Positions 62,615 through 64,000 of a stretch of 64,000 nt of DNA are shown here, piece by piece. The stretch's first letter is position 1; each line of letters opens with the position of its first letter. The notes under the pieces were generated by a model. That model was not told where the DNA came from and searched no databases. It saw nothing but the letters and a program-made list of their open reading frames with translations. Made by a program: the position numbers and the translations under genes. Origin of the DNA: the human T2T-CHM13v2.0 reference genome, Homo sapiens; assembly GCF_009914755.1 (NCBI RefSeq), contig NC_060927.1; one strand, 5' to 3'.

Positions 62615-64000
62615 TCACAGTAGAATTTAATATATAGAAAAAATACCATTTAACAGTAAAGATGAACTAAAACTCAAAACCAAATTTGTCAATAGCAGTC
62701 CTATGCAAAAAGAAGTGCTAAAGGGAAATCACTAGGCAAAAATAAATGATTCTATAGAGAAACCTAAAAATGCAATAAATAACAGAAATACAATTATTTA
62801 CTTTTTAAGATGATTTTAGTAATTGTGAACTTTCATATATGTTTAATATTAAATATATGAAGAAAATAAAAAGTCAGGAAGTGGTAGATGGAATTAAAAT
62901 TTTGAAGACTATAATATTGCCTAAAATTATAAAATATTAATTTATATTTAACAGTGATTATTCAATAATAATGTAATCTCCATGTATTCTCTAAGTGAAC
63001 AATAAAAGGATGTATTTAAAAAAGCTAATAGGGAAGGTTATAAAAATGTACTTTATTAATTTGTGAGAAAAAATAGAGTACAGAAAAGTAATTTAAAACA
63101 GTTTTGAGGAATATAAAACAAAGGAAAAATGGTAGCTTTTACCACAACAATCAGTAACTGAATTAAATGTAGTAACAATCAAATACAAATTTAGTTAGAC
63201 TAGTTTAAAAAACAATAAAAAACTGCAGATGAAATATATAGAAAGACATAGAAAAATGAAAATAAAGTATACCATGAAAACACTGATTAAAATACAGCTG
63301 TTGTAGCTATTAATTACAGGAAAGTAAACTTTAAGGCAAATAGAATTACTAAAGATAGAGAGGGATATTTAATGATGGTAAAAATATAAATCCTTCAAGA
63401 AGGATTCTAATTATGAACACTGAGTAGCATAGCTTAAAAAGACATAAAGCAAAGCTTGACAGAACAAAAGAAGAAAAAGGCAGTCCAAAACCTTAGTGGA
63501 AGCTATTTTCACAGCATTCACATTTCACTGTTAACACAACTGGTAGACAAGTAGAAGATCTGATTAACACAGTGAACAAATCAGGCCAAATTTGGATACT
63601 CAGAACACTGCATTTTGTACCTATAGAACATATATTACTTTCAATTTATTGTATACTTACCAAAATTGACCATATGTAGATTTAAGTGGATTTATTTTAA
63701 AATCAACATCAACAACAATAATAAAGGGTAACTAAACATGCATGAAATGTTTGAAATTAAACAATAAACTTTTAAAAACCCATGACTGAATGATGTATTT
63801 TCAGTACAAATTACCACATAATTTTGATTAAATGATGATAAAATTACAATACATCTAAACTTAAGAAATTGAATTTAACTGTACATATTAGGAGATTTGT
63901 AAGTTTAAATGAAACTTTAAGAGAAAAAAGCTTGAAATAAATGATATATAAGTACATTATAAGAAGTTGGGGGAAAAAGCCAATTAATGCCAAAAGAAAT
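62615..64000 (+). mobile_element. Old L1M remnant (end of ORF1, start of ORF2 EN)
   Basis: Degenerate EN motifs: gtaaactttaaggcaaa, gatattttaatgatggtaaaa-like, caaaattgaccatat. Confidence 0.65.

Overview
AT-rich, repeat-dense primate genomic DNA (human or great-ape type), intergenic or deep-intronic, with no intact host gene. It opens with the 3' end of a class II HERV-K-like provirus (degraded env, PPT, 3' LTR). It also holds a complete MaLR (MLT1) provirus, Tigger1, Charlie1a, MER5A, about 15 Alu/FLAM copies and large old L1M remnants. The centre has two young L1PA2-type elements ~12.8 kb apart. Copy 1 (25352-31391) is full length and defective. Copy 2 (38617-44223) is a single TSD-flanked, 5'-inverted insertion carrying a 374-bp GC-rich foreign segment (apparently fossil L2 DNA from another locus) at its inversion junction; it landed in the loop of an 11-bp-stem hairpin. 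The two are independent insertions that differ by ~3% in places. Yet they share perfectly identical tracts containing private inactivating mutations (ORF1 stop, RT FADD->FAED), which suggests repeated local gene conversion in both direct and inverted geometry. Repeat subfamily names and consensus comparisons are from recalled consensus sequences, not a database search.
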